Of a stretch of 64,000 bases of DNA, positions 47,500 to 59,950 are shown piece by piece (position 1 is the first letter of the stretch; each line of letters begins with the position of its first letter). The position numbers and the translations under genes were made by a program. Under the pieces are notes generated by a model that was not told the DNA's origin, ran no database searches, and saw nothing but the letters and a program-made list of their open reading frames with translations. Origin of the DNA: the human T2T-CHM13v2.0 reference genome, Homo sapiens. Location: the NCBI RefSeq assembly GCF_009914755.1, contig NC_060947.1. One strand, 5' to 3'.

Positions 47500-47830
47500 A
47501 CTTTATTTTTCAGAATAGTTTTGGATTATCAAAAAAATTACAAAGATAGTACAGAGACTTCCATATACCCTGAATCCAGTTCCCCTATTACTAACATCTT
47601 CCATTAGAATGGTACACTTGTAATAATTAATGGACCAATATTGATACATCAGCATTAACTCAAGTCCATTCTTTATTTGGATTTCCTTAGTTTTTACCTA
47701 AATGCCCTTTTTCTGCTCCAGGATCCCATCCAGCATACCAGATTACATTTAGTCATCATTCTCCTTCAGCTCCTCTTGGCTGTGACAGTTTCTCAGACTT
47801 ACCTTGTTTTTGATGACCTTGACAGTTCAA
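47500..47830 (-). mobile_element. L1MC-like 3' end
   Basis: caaagatagtacagag...ccaggatcccatccagcataccagattacatttagtc. Confidence 0.7.
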
Positions 47831-48238
47831 ATCACCTCATGGAACTAATCTAGCACTAATCCTGTATAAGATGTCTAACACATTAGCTGGGGCCATGGGC
47901 TACTCCTTATTTCTTCCTGTGTCCTCATATAATCAAATACTTCATAGCTGAAGAGTAAAATAAATGAAAAGCTTACAGAAAAGTGCTTTTGTCAGAAGTA
48001 ATAACAAACAAAAGGACTGAAATGATGTCATTTGAATATTACCTAAAATGCAAAATTTCAGAAGGGGTTTTTATCAAAAATATGTAGATTCTACTACAAT
48101 ATTTTAGCTAAAGAAGAAGAAGTAGTAGTAGCAGTAGTAGTCAGTATTTTTGACCCTGACCCAACTCTGACTCCATTCAAGGAACAACAACCTGGGAAGA
48201 AAATGCAAAGCTAATGCTGACCTTGCTTTCTTCCTCAC

Positions 48239-48278
48239 AAAAAAAAAAAAAAAAAAAAAAAAGAGAGAGAGAGAGAGA
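48239..48278. repeat. Poly(A) run followed by (GA)n
   Basis: Seen directly. No adjacent Alu body. Confidence 0.9.
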
Positions 48279-48701
48279 ATCCAATTATGTCACCTAGAAA
48301 GACACATTTATACTGCTTAACATTAAGTGTTCCAAATCAAAGACTAAAACTGAAGTAAAAGGTGAAAAATGCATGCAAGAATCAAGACTTTAAAACAGTA
48401 CATCTGTTGTGCAATTCATTGCAGGGCTGTAGGTAATTAGAGTTTCCTCAAACAACTTTCAAAGAGCCAGCTATAACAGAGAAGAAATGAGTTCCACTGC
48501 ACATTCCTATTTTATTTTGGCTGTAATATTAGCAAATAACACCTAAAGCACTAAATAACAAAAAGTATATCTACTGAAAAGATGATGGACCACAATTCTT
48601 TCTAGGGAACACATCAAAAAGCCATTATCATTTCATTTGTAAGAAAATTCTGGTGCTTCTACAATACACAATGCAGAGTTACTGTGCTTAATGAGATTGT
48701 A

Positions 48702-49101
48702 TTAGGTTAGTGCAAAAGTAATTGCAGTTTTTGTTGTTCCTTTTTTTTTTTTTTTTTTTTTGGAGACAGAGTCTCGCTCTGTTGCCAAGGCTGGAGTGCA
48801 GTGGCACGATCTCGGCTCACTGCAACCTCCGCCTCCTGGGTTCAAGCAATTCTTCCTGCCTCAGCCTCCTGAGTGGCTGGGTCTATAGGCGCACACCACC
48901 ACGCCCAGCTAATTTTTTGTATTTTAGTAGAGACGGGGTTTCAGCATGTTGCCCAGGCTGGTTTCGAACTCCTGAGCTCAGACAATCTGCCCACCTTGGC
49001 CTCCAAAATTGCTGGGATTACAGGCGTGAGCCACCATGCCCAGCCAGTTTTTGCTATTACTTTTAATGGCAAAAACCACAATTGCTTTTGCACCAATCTA
49101 A
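48702..49101. mobile_element. MADE1 (Hsmar1-derived MITE) split by an Alu
   Basis: Left arm TA|ttaggttagtgcaaaagtaattgcagtttttg. Right part gtttttgctattacttttaatggcaaaaaccacaattgcttttgcaccaatctaa|TA. Confidence 0.92.
48741..49045 (-). mobile_element. AluS inserted in MADE1
   Basis: Antisense dimer. TSD agtttttgttgtt (48726-48738) / agtttttgctatt (49046-49058). Confidence 0.95.
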
Positions 49102-49131
49102 TAGTCTGTTACTACCATATAACAGACTAGA

Positions 49132-49515
49132 TTTTTTTTTAAAAATTTTAAGTTCTGGGGTACATGTGTAGGACGTGCAGGTTAGCTACATAGGTAAACG
49201 TGTGCCATGGTGGTTTGTTGCACCTATCAACCCATCACCTAGGTATTAAGTCCAGCATGCATTAGCTACTTTTCCTAATGCTCTCCCTCCCCTGCTACAG
49301 GCCCGAGTGTGTGTTGTTCCCCTCCATGTGCATATGTTCTCATTGTTTAGCTCCCACTTATATGTAAGAACATGCAGTGTTTGGTCTTCTGTTCGTGTAT
49401 TAGTTTGCTGAGGATAATGGCTTCCACCCATGACCCTGCAAATGACATGATCTTGTTCCTTTTTATGGCTGCATAGTATTCTATGGTGTATATGTACTGC
49501 ATTTTCTTTATCCAG
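49132..49515 (-). mobile_element. L1PA-type 3' end, 5'-truncated, with TSD
   Basis: aagttctggggtacatgtgtaggacgtgcagg...tttttatggctgcatagtatt. cagactaga at 49123-49131 and 49520-49528. Confidence 0.9.
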
Positions 49516-51139
49516 ATATCAGACTAGAATTTTAAGCATGTTTTAGACCTCTGATTTCCCACAAATATTTAGCTAATCTGCAATACAAACAATCCAAAGT
49601 ACTATATATCTCCTGCTTTCATTTCCTGAACAGATGAAATGGATCTCAACACCAGCTAAGGAAATTGCATTATGCTAAAAGTCTCATCTATAGGTAATAC
49701 ACTATTGATCAAGACTAATCATTCTTTTTGAAAGTGATCACTCAGCTAAAACCTCAACTCTAGTAGATAAAATGCATTATAATCATCAGAAAATAAAGAC
49801 AGTTGTAGTGATCAGTCCAGTTAGCAAAGGCTACTATTTCAATTACTGCTCAAGATACTCTTAGCTCTGCAATAATGTTGCTTTTCACATAACAGACAAT
49901 CACGAATGGTAACAGATGCTTACTGGTTTGGATTAGTGGTTGATTCAAATACACAATGCTTAATGTTTATCAATCTTAATAAAACATTACACTATCAACC
50001 ACAGTGTATAACACTAAAGCCATTAGAGCAAATCTGTTTTTATTGCTTTATTTAAAATCTTGGTGAGTCCTACCGTAAATCAAGAAGTCATTGCTTAGCA
50101 GAATAGTTTCAATAATGTGATCTTTAAAAAGTGAAATTCTGCATTATATATTTGCCCAGAGTAGAACTGATGAGAGAACAAATATTTGAAAATAACCATG
50201 GAAATACTCTTTGGTTTTTCCTTAAGTTTCAGTGAGTCTTCTTTACCACTTAACTAAACATTGTGGCCTCCTTTTCCTGTTGAAATGCCTCTCTTCATAA
50301 CTCAGATGCTGTAGAGCATTTGCGAAATCATTTTAGCTTTCTTCCTTTTCCCACCTTTATCCTCTCATGCAGAACATCTTGGTGTACTGCAAGACTCAGC
50401 CATGCTACTCTTCTAGTCATCAGAAACAGCACTATGGGGCCATTTCACTTTCACCCATAACCTACTGTTTATGCTCCCTCACTCCAGAGTTATTGAAGAA
50501 AGTGATGTTAAGAACAATATAAAGGTTGGGGGTGGGGATTGGTGGAGAGGACTGTAGGGGACTGCATTTTAAATGAAGCATAATCAGGGAGGTGTAACAA
50601 TGCTTCTTTAAAAAAGCTATATTGGTTAGTACATTAGTGTATAATGATGAAGAAAAAAAAAATGTACTTCAATACCAGTACAAAAGAAGACTTAAAATAG
50701 TGGAAACCATGATTAATACAATTTGATACTTTAAAAAGCCTGGTTTTAGTATTTAAACAGAAAAAAGTAATCCCAATGAATATACTTTCAGGAACATAAA
50801 CATGAAAATGGAAAAAATAGTTTAACTGCATGGTACAGAAAACTGATCAAGGAGCTGGCTTAGTGGAACCATCTGGACTGGGAAATATTTTCTTAACAAA
50901 AAATTTCATTAATAGTTGTTTAATTATGATTAAAATATTTGTATTTAAATCCAAGTAGTCAAAAGCATCCACAGGTAAAAAGTCCTATACTTACCATAGA
51001 AGCATAAAAGGATTATCTGTTCACATGTCACCTTTACCATAATCTTCCAACAAGAGCAACAGTAGCAATGATAAAATTATTAGTAACAGATACTTTATTA
51101 GTATTAGTATGTATTGGTATATTATTATTATTATTACAG

Positions 51140-51375
51140 CTATTGAGTACTTACTATATGCCAGTCATTTTTCTAAGAGGTACTGGTATTAACTCACTTA
51201 ATTCTCATAACTCTCTAAGGTAGCATATTTATCCCCATTTTACAGATAAGGAAATCGAGTTTCAGAGAAGTTAAATAACTTGGCTATAGCCCCAGATCAA
51301 GTAACTGGTTCAGTGAGAATCCGGGTCCTAAAAATTCCAGATCCAAAGTCCATGACTTTTTTAATCAATATGCTA
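51140..51375 (-). mobile_element. MIR
   Basis: tatccccattttacagataaggaaatcgagtttcagagaagttaaataacttgg. Confidence 0.8.
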
Positions 51376-52809
51376 TCCCTGTCTCATATCTATTATCAGA
51401 CATATGCCAAGGTCCCCTGTTGAAGTTATCTAATCTTTATCTCTTTCATTAGAAGCAAATATTCACTTATTTTATATATTGAGAAGGTGTACAGATTTCA
51501 GTTGCCTTATATGTTTATGTTCTGTAGGACTTTAGGCTTTTAAAAAATAGTATATAGTAAGTATTCACTTATATGAGAAAAATACTGTATATGTACCCAC
51601 CAAAATGTATAGAAAGCATCTCTCTTTATAATCAATGGTTACTTTAAAAACAATTTTCACATTTATTAAAGTGAATTTAACACTGCATATTGATTTAGAT
51701 TCCTTTCTGCTGAAAGACTGCACTATTAACTGGCACTAAAAATATCTTGTTCCTAATTGGTTAGAAGGGGATACAAAACCAGAATATCAAAAATATTTCT
51801 TTTGAAATAATTCTACAGTAATGTGGCACTGACAATTCCACTAAATATCTTGTAGGCAAATAAACTATTAGAGGCAGGGCCAGAGTCACACTCTCATATA
51901 TTTGGCACTAGGGCAAAAGTCAAGACATACGGGTGTCCAGTTCTAGCTTTGCAACTAACTGGTTATATATTTTTAAGTTACAGTCACTCTGCGCCAGTTT
52001 CCTCATTTTTAATAGAGTGGGTTAGAACTAGATAAATACTTTCATTTTGTCAAGCTCTAAATTCTGACTTCAGGAAAAACCATAAGGCACTGGAGGTTTA
52101 TTCATAGGTTTTTCTGCTGACCCCGTCCCTCTCTGTTTCTTCAACCACCACAAGACAATCAACTTCCCTGATTGGAGATTGGAACAGGTGTGTTCTAATT
52201 CTAAATGCATCACTTAACTATTAGTTCCAACTCTCTGGGGCTTCCTTCAAATAGGGGAATTAGACTGGTCTCCAATCTCTTTGTACAGATGAGTAACTTT
52301 ATTTACCCAAAGATTTAGTATTAACAGTCGGGAGCAGGAGGGAGAATACTTATGAGACAACAGCCATTTCCACAGTGGAGAGGAATGGTTTGTTCCCAAT
52401 AGAAGTTACCAGATTTCAGTCCCATTGCCAAATAGATATTATGAGCAAGGAAGAAATCTATAGTAGTAACTTAAGACCACCAGAAAGATCAAAGCCCAGA
52501 GGGTGAGGGTATGGCAATAAACATTAGACATATCTCTAACCCTCTTTTGTTTGAAATACTCATTACCCTGTGGTACTGGAATACCTGTGCCTACAAAAGC
52601 AGCTATTGAATAAGGTACTTGCTGGTTTGAATTCTGGCCAATCAGATCCAACTATAACATTTACCAAAGGATTTTCTTAATCCAGATCTAAAATAATAAA
52701 ACTATCTTAAGAAATCATTTAACAATTCTATACCATTGTAGATATTATGGGAAGAATTTTTCCTTCTTCCCATAATATCTACGTAGGGTAATATAGCACA
52801 AAGGTATAG

Positions 52810-52930
52810 ACATAGTGGTGATGGCTACACAACATTGTAAATGCAATGAATGCCGCTAAATTGTACACCTATAAATGGTGAAAATGGCAAATTTTATGTT
52901 ATATAATTTTACCACAATTAAATTTTTAAT
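52810..52930 (+). mobile_element. Old L1 3' tail fragment
   Basis: agtggtgatggctacacaacattgtaaatg...aaattttatgttatataattttaccacaatt. Confidence 0.7.
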
Positions 52931-53134
52931 GGGAAAGAAACAAAAAAAAATACATTTTAAACACAATGCCTCTTATTTTCATGAGGTGTGAAGATATGTT
53001 TTAAAAATTAGCACGTGTTTTAAGCGAAATAAGTAGACTCTGGTGCTTCAATTTTAAAGCACCAACTTCTTCACTAATAGCACTAACCAACATCAATCAC
53101 ATAATAGCACAAAATATTCTTAAAAAAAAAAAAA

Positions 53135-53460
53135 CAGAAAATGGTATTTATTTGGGAATAGGGCATTGCAATGAAAATATGTGTGCCACAGTAAACTATG
53201 TGTGTATTTAGGGAAGTAAAGGAAGACAAAGGTTTTCAAAGATAAAATGAGGAAGATTACATAATTGTTTTTAGGTCATTGTCCTTGGCTTCAAGGATCA
53301 ATAATAAGGGTGATGCCAGTCCAAGGCTGGGCAGATGTCCTCAACAGAAGTGTTCTTTTTTTTGTATACGGTTGCAATGGCCTTTGTGCAAGGTCATGGT
53401 TTTTGCAGTCTTTCCTGACTTTTTTTTTAAAATTTTATTTCCATAGGTTTTTGTGTATTT
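53135..53460 (-). mobile_element. ERV1-type LTR remnant (family uncertain)
   Basis: tttatttgggaatagggcattgcaatg...gaggaagattacataattgtttt resembles an antisense LTR with an AATAAA complement. Confidence 0.4.
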
Positions 53461-54196
53461 TTTGCAAAGCAAGCTGCCAATAAATTATTCACAAATTCAA
53501 AAAATACCCTTGTAGAGAAATCACTGTGGGTTCCTTTTCAAGCTGAGTTTTGTCAGTTTTTCCCTCAAATTCATTCACCTGTAACTCACATGTAACAAAG
53601 TCTTCAGAAATACAACAAGTGTAAATGTAACAGTTTTCAGAACTGTAACATGAAGTTCTTAGAATGTTTCTAAGAATGATACAATGGACTTTGGGGACTG
53701 GTGGGAGGGAAAGGTCGGGGGCGTGAGGGATAAAAGGCTATAAACTGGGTTCAGTGTATCTTAAAATCTGGAAATCCTGCAAAAGAGCCAAATGTTTATT
53801 ATAAATAAAGCTGCTCTATTTGTCTATCCCTTATAACTGTACTGCCTATGTTAAAGACTTTCTTAAATTATCAATCAAAAAATTTACTAAACTTTTGAGC
53901 TCAGCAGAGATAATTTTATATATCAAAGACAAAAATATGCTAATAAAATGATCTTACCTTATAGAAATTAAAAGTCTTAGTTCACTGTATACAGGTAAAG
54001 GACAGAATAGATCTTAAGGGGATCTAATAAGATACCTGTACAGGGAGATGATGGAGAATTGGAAAGCAAATAGGCCTGATAGAAAAATGCAGATTATTGT
54101 GGTGACTACAGCTAGTGTCGTGTAAGAAATGGTATGCATCAATCTGTTATTACACTAAACAAAATTGAAACTTTTTCAAAAAGTACTACAAGAGTA

Positions 54197-54533
54197 CAGC
54201 AGTCCCCTACCCTTATCCACGTGGGATACATGCCAAGACCCCCAGTGGATGCCTGAAACTGTGGATAGCACCAAATCCCATATATACTATGATTTTTCTG
54301 ATACATACATACATACCTATGACAAAGTTTATTTTATAAATTAGGTGCAGTAAGAGACTAACAACTAATAATAAAATAGAATAATTACAACAATATACTA
54401 TAATAAGTTACAAAAATGTGGCTCCCCCCTCTCAAAATACTTTATTTTTGAACTACTGTAATATTTATGAACTACTGTTGACCACACGTAACAAACCATG
54501 GAAAGCAAAACCTTGGATAAGTGGGGACTAATG
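54197..54533 (+). mobile_element. Tigger2-family non-autonomous element (Tigger2a/MER28-like)
   Basis: TA|cagcagtcccc..ccttatcc...ggataagtggggactaatg|TA gives terminal inverted repeats and a TA TSD. Confidence 0.85.
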
Positions 54534-55899
54534 TATGTAATTTCATTTATGATGACTTTGTTACTTTGAAAAAAATCAATTTAGCTAATGGCATTAAGAA
54601 CATGAAGGAGGACTTCCCATTCTAAAAGTATTCGTAAGCATTCAGATTAACAAAAAGAGACTCAGCATCAGACCTCCTGAAACCCAAACAGAAATATTTG
54701 GTGAATTCAAGACTTATGGCTATTTTTAAAACAGAACTTACTTTTATTTCAGGAAGCTACCATTTCTCCAGCATCCTCAAATAATGAGAATAGTTTCACA
54801 TTTTTTGAACAGGTAAAAATACACAAGTTGCTCTCCTGAATCCCAAGAATGACACCTTATAAGAACAAAAGACATCACATATACTATGCCCATGCATCCT
54901 TATGATTCATTTTAGACAACTGTTTTGTCCTTTGCTTTGTGGTTTTCAGAGTTATCTCCTTATGCATCCCCAATTTAATAGGTTTACTAATAATACTATA
55001 AGTAAGCTCTATGTACTTCTACAATTTTGGAAGCTGGTCCTACTTCCTAGCATCTCATTTCACTTGTATAACAACACTGAGAGAGATCAAGGCACTTCTC
55101 AAGTTGTCATTTTCTCAGCACTTCTAAAAGTGAAGAAGACATTATTACCCCTATTTTAAAGATTAAACAAATGGAAGTACAGGTAGCACAAAGAGGGCTT
55201 CTGGTAACATTCTAGTTTCTTGACTTGGGTGCTGTTACAGGAATGTGTTCAGTTTGTAAAAGCTCATCAAGCTACATACTTATAATTTATATACTCTTCT
55301 GTATGCCATGTTATACTTCAATAGGAAGTTTGGATTCAGATTCCAAAATACCCAGAGACTTGCCTATGGTCAGTGGTAGAGGCCAGCTCAGATGCAAGCC
55401 ATGTGTCTCCTACATAGTTCTCAGTGCTCTACATCAAACTGCCCATGTTGCTTTCACTGTTAATAATTTCCTCCCACTTGATCTCTTATTTCTCCTTTGA
55501 TCATTAACAAAATATTCTGCCTCACCATTGGAATATACCTGGAACACCACACTTAAACCTTCTCTTCAGGCAGACCCAATCTTATACACATGCAGTAATA
55601 TGTATTTCTACAACACTCAAGCCTCAGTCTAGCCAGGAGATCCAAATGTATTTCACTAATTAATTGCCTTGCTTTGGGTATCTGACTGCAACCCTTAAAA
55701 TTACTGCATTACATACATTTTAAAACTATAAGATATCTCACTATACATCTATTTAGGCCAATCCTTACACTTTATTTAACAATGCTAACAATTAAAATAT
55801 GGGGGAGAAAAGAAAATCTCATATCTCTTAGATCCTCTGAAATATGGGGAAAAGTTAATAGACCAACTCTACAGAAACCAGATTTGGTTACATAAATAT

Positions 55900-56555
55900 T
55901 TCACATTTTCTATCTATCTTTCCAGCCTCATCTCTCAATACCATCTAGACACACACCGCATCCAGCTATACTAACCATAATTATCTTTAAAGGATTATGT
56001 TCTCATCTGCCCCCAATGCCTTTGTGTAAACTTTGTACAAACTGTTTCCTCTGCCTAGAATATACTTCCCCTGGTCTAATTCCTCTCTACTGTCCCTTCA
56101 AGATTTAGCTTAAGTATCTAAGAATTGTTTTCATTTCCCCTCAGACCAAGTTAAGCTCTCTTCCCCTTGGTGCTCACAAAGCACAAGACTGCAGTATACT
56201 AGTAGAAAGAATAACGATCAAGAATTACAAGACTCACTGATAAAATATTAAAGTATGTTATGGAGTTTGAAAGACAGCTCTACTCAAGGTGAATCACTCC
56301 CTTGATTCTTACTCTTGAAGTAGGTTCAGTTCCCTTTTTATACTGTTGCAGCACTTCCATGGCTTCCTTCACAGCACTCACCACCATTGAATTTTAAACA
56401 ATTGTTTGTAGAATTATTTAACCTGTCTCTCCCTCTCTAACTTGCAAGTTCCATGACAGAAAGGACAGCTTCTATATTATTCACAACTGTACCCTCTGGG
56501 CCCAGAAGACCCTGGACCATAATAATTGTTCAATAAATTTCGTAGAGTGAATGTT
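55900..56555 (+). mobile_element. L2 remnants
   Basis: ctgtttcctctgcctagaat and cttgcaagttccatgacagaaaggac...caataaattt. Confidence 0.6.
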
Positions 56556-56814
56556 TCCAAAAAGCTTCATGACATTTTGGGTCACTTGATATGCCATTTT
56601 AGTTCACTACTTCAAAAATGATATTCTGACATCATACCAAAGGTGCTTCATATGTGCCAACTTACATTTATAGAAATGATTATTATGAAATGATCATAAC
56701 AACTATGGCCAAACTAAGAAAGGGAAATCATTCAATTTATTATTTCCGTGTTTACTTCCTCTGTTAAACCAAGTTCCCAAATGGCAGGGACCATCTACAA
56801 TTATAGCAAGGTAG

Positions 56815-57065
56815 CTACACAGTTCGGACTTTGGAGTTGAACTTCCTTAGACTCCTAGCTTTACCACTCAATAGCCTGGTAACCCTGGGCAAGTGGCTTA
56901 CAACTCTCTGAGCCTTGGTTTACATATATCCATAAAGCGAAGATAACACCACCTATCTCTTGGGATTGTTGTCAGGATAAAATGAATATATATAAGATAA
57001 AATGTTTACCACTGTGCCTGGTATTTAATAAGCACTCAATAAAAACCAACTACTATTTACTATTA
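56815..57065 (+). mobile_element. MIR
   Basis: ccctgggcaagtggcttacaactctctgagccttggttt...gtgcctggtatttaataagcactcaataaa. Confidence 0.8.
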
Positions 57066-58029
57066 TTAAGCCTCATGGTGTAGTAAAAGGCTGATAGTTG
57101 GTGTTCAAAAGTTTATTGTTTGATAACTCTTCCCTTCATATCTCATAGGATATGAAAATATTTAAAACATTATGGAAAATAAGATTCTAATAAAGGCCAG
57201 GTACTATTTATTCTCTTATTTGACATGTTAATTTTTTTAAGATTAAAAACAAAAGAAATACCTTGAAGAATCCTAATCAAGAAACACTGAAAGGTAGAGA
57301 AGTCACAACACTACAACATATTAAGTTAAACAGCATAAAGGATTCTTTTGTAGAACTTGACTTTTGAGACTAACTCTCAGTCTAGGATGCTGTTAAAAGG
57401 TAGAGCTCAGGAAGTTTAAGTCTTACTAAAATTGATTGAGCACATTTACATAAAGGTAAGTTTAAGAATATATAAGATAAGTACTAGAGAAATCAGCCAC
57501 AAGAGAATGTAATACATTTCATTTAGAGGAGAAAATGATTAGATACCATCCGAAGGGTAAATGTGGGAGAACATATAAACTCCTGGTTGTAAGTTCACTT
57601 TCTTCTTAACCATGGTTCCTCTCAATGAGGACTGGAACCCAGACCCTGGGTAAACTGCATCACTTGGTGGCTGAAATAGGAAAATGGCTGGCACAATATA
57701 TATTAACAGGATCACACAGAGATCACACTGTCCATTTTTTCTTGACCATTTACCCATCACTGATGAACTCCTTTCTTGGCAATTACATCCACATATTTCT
57801 TCCGTCATACTTTTTCCTTGTCTTTTATAAATGTTCATGTCCTTAGAAAAAATCATTTCCCTTAGTCCTAATTTCTCCCAATTTATAAGTCTAAAAAGTA
57901 AATAAACCCCAAGCTGCCCATCAACACTTGGAATATACCTATATCAAGGAAAAGAAAAGACTTTAAGGAAAATTAGTCTTAACTAATCCCATCAGTCTCT
58001 AACCAATTCACAGTGACTCTTAAAGCTGG

Positions 58030-59950
58030 TTACTCTTGTTAGGTAGTGGCAAAACATTTGGTAATACCATATGCCAAATGAGGCTACAGTTTATGGAAAT
58101 GTAGGACATTTTCGGGATATGGATGTATGATGGTTTCCTCTTGCAGCTTTTGAGCCCAGTCCTAGGAGAGACCAAATAGAACTTGAGCCAGCCATTCTGT
58201 GCCTGCAGCCTTCAATTTAAATCGACTGAAAGTCACATAATTTGAAGCTTTGGAGGACTATAAACATCAACAGCTCCTGTACTCTCAAACTGAGGTGATT
58301 ATAAGCAGTAACTCAGAGAAGTGGCTGTCTTAGCAGGAGATGAAACCACAACCCCAAGCTGTTTTAAGAGTTCCCTTCAGGACAGGAAAGAAAACTAGCC
58401 AGCAAAAATCAGATTAAGGGTGTTGCCTACCTCGAGGCAGCTGGCTATTAACTCAAAAGCTGAAAGAAAAGGGCAGAGCACAGAGGCCAGTAAGTAGAAG
58501 AATTTTCAGGCTAAGAAACTATGTCTAGATGTGGCTTCTCCCCCGTGGAGCTTACTAAAAACAAGAAGAAAAATATCGACATTTTTTGACGAAACGATAT
58601 TGTCATGGAAACCCCAAAACTGCCCTGCAGCAGCCAATAGCTATTAAATCTCTAAAATAATTCATGGCTCCAAACCCTCAACAGTAATATGTTAGCTATG
58701 AAAGCTGTGTAGTCCCCAAGAAAAATGTGCTCCCCAAAGAGCATTTCAGATAGGGCCATGGAGAAGAATGGACAATAAAGAATCTCCAGAGAACAGCCAG
58801 GGGCCTGCTTGGAGCAAAAGAAATCACCCTGTACTAGTCAGTTCATTCTAATTGTTGCTTTGACTCTGCTGTCCATTTCAGTAACCATACCTGCCCTTCC
58901 TTTGGCAATTAAGTGCTACTGGTCCTTGCCATCCTGGGATCCAATTACCCTCATTGTATTTAGGCTTCCCAATCAGTGGCCGCAGTTCCCGCTGTTAATT
59001 TCTCACTGATCACAGAGTTCTTCAAGGATGCTGGGGCTTCCCTTACAAATTTCTTTCCCAGGCAAAGGAAATTCCCCTAGAGCAGAGCCAGGGCCTGCCA
59101 AATGGGCCATCCAAGAAGGCAGGACAGAGAGTCTTTGCTTTTCCTGCCCAATAGGATCTGTTAAATGCTACGTTTCCTACTCTCTCCTTTTTGGTTGGGT
59201 GGGAACTTTTACTAAAGTTATCCTATTCTTTTTCTATCTATGTAACAATGAAGGAGGGGGCAGTTTGTGGGACACCAGACCACAAGAAGCCACACCTAGA
59301 CCTAATTGAGAGGACTGTACATCACCAAGAAATCAAAGACTTAAAAGTTGGATATAGTAACTAGATAAGACTTTGGAGGTGTTCCCATTAAGGAAGGGGT
59401 AAGCATGTTCTTTGTGTGGGAAGATAACTGAGTAAGGACTGGATAGCTAAAGAGGTGTACTGTAGCAAAGATTATTAATCATCCATCTGCTTCTTTTTTT
59501 GCTGTCAGAAGGCCATTGTTGCTGGGTTCCAATGTGCTTAAGTAAAAATACATTTCCTAGCTTTGCAGTAGATGAGACAGTCATGTGATACAGCTTGGCC
59601 AATGAGATAAAAGCAAACTTCAATAGATGTGGTTTACAGCAAAGCTCTTTTAAGAGGTCTTACTCAGCTGACAGGCACCATTTTGCTCCTCCCTGTCTTC
59701 CAGCCTGCCTGGAACGCAAATGGGATGACTGGAGCCTCAGGAGCCATCTTATAACTAGGAGCACACAACAAGGATGGCTGGGAAGAAGGTGAGAAGGTGC
59801 TTAGGGCCCTAATGACATCATGGAGGCACCCTATCAACCCTGGAATGTTTAATTCTCTCATTTCATTACAGAAAAATGAATCCAAATTTACTTAAGCCAC
59901 TATTATTTGGGTTTTCTGTTCCACATTGCCAAATTCAATTCTTGATACAT
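58030..59950 (+). mobile_element. MLT1-family MaLR internal remnant plus 3' LTR (LTR about 59461-59949)
   Basis: The LTR part has gtcatgtgatacagcttggccaatgagat, gactggagcctcaggagccatctt and ttaagccactattatttgggttttctgtt. The upstream part resembles MLT-int. Confidence 0.6.
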
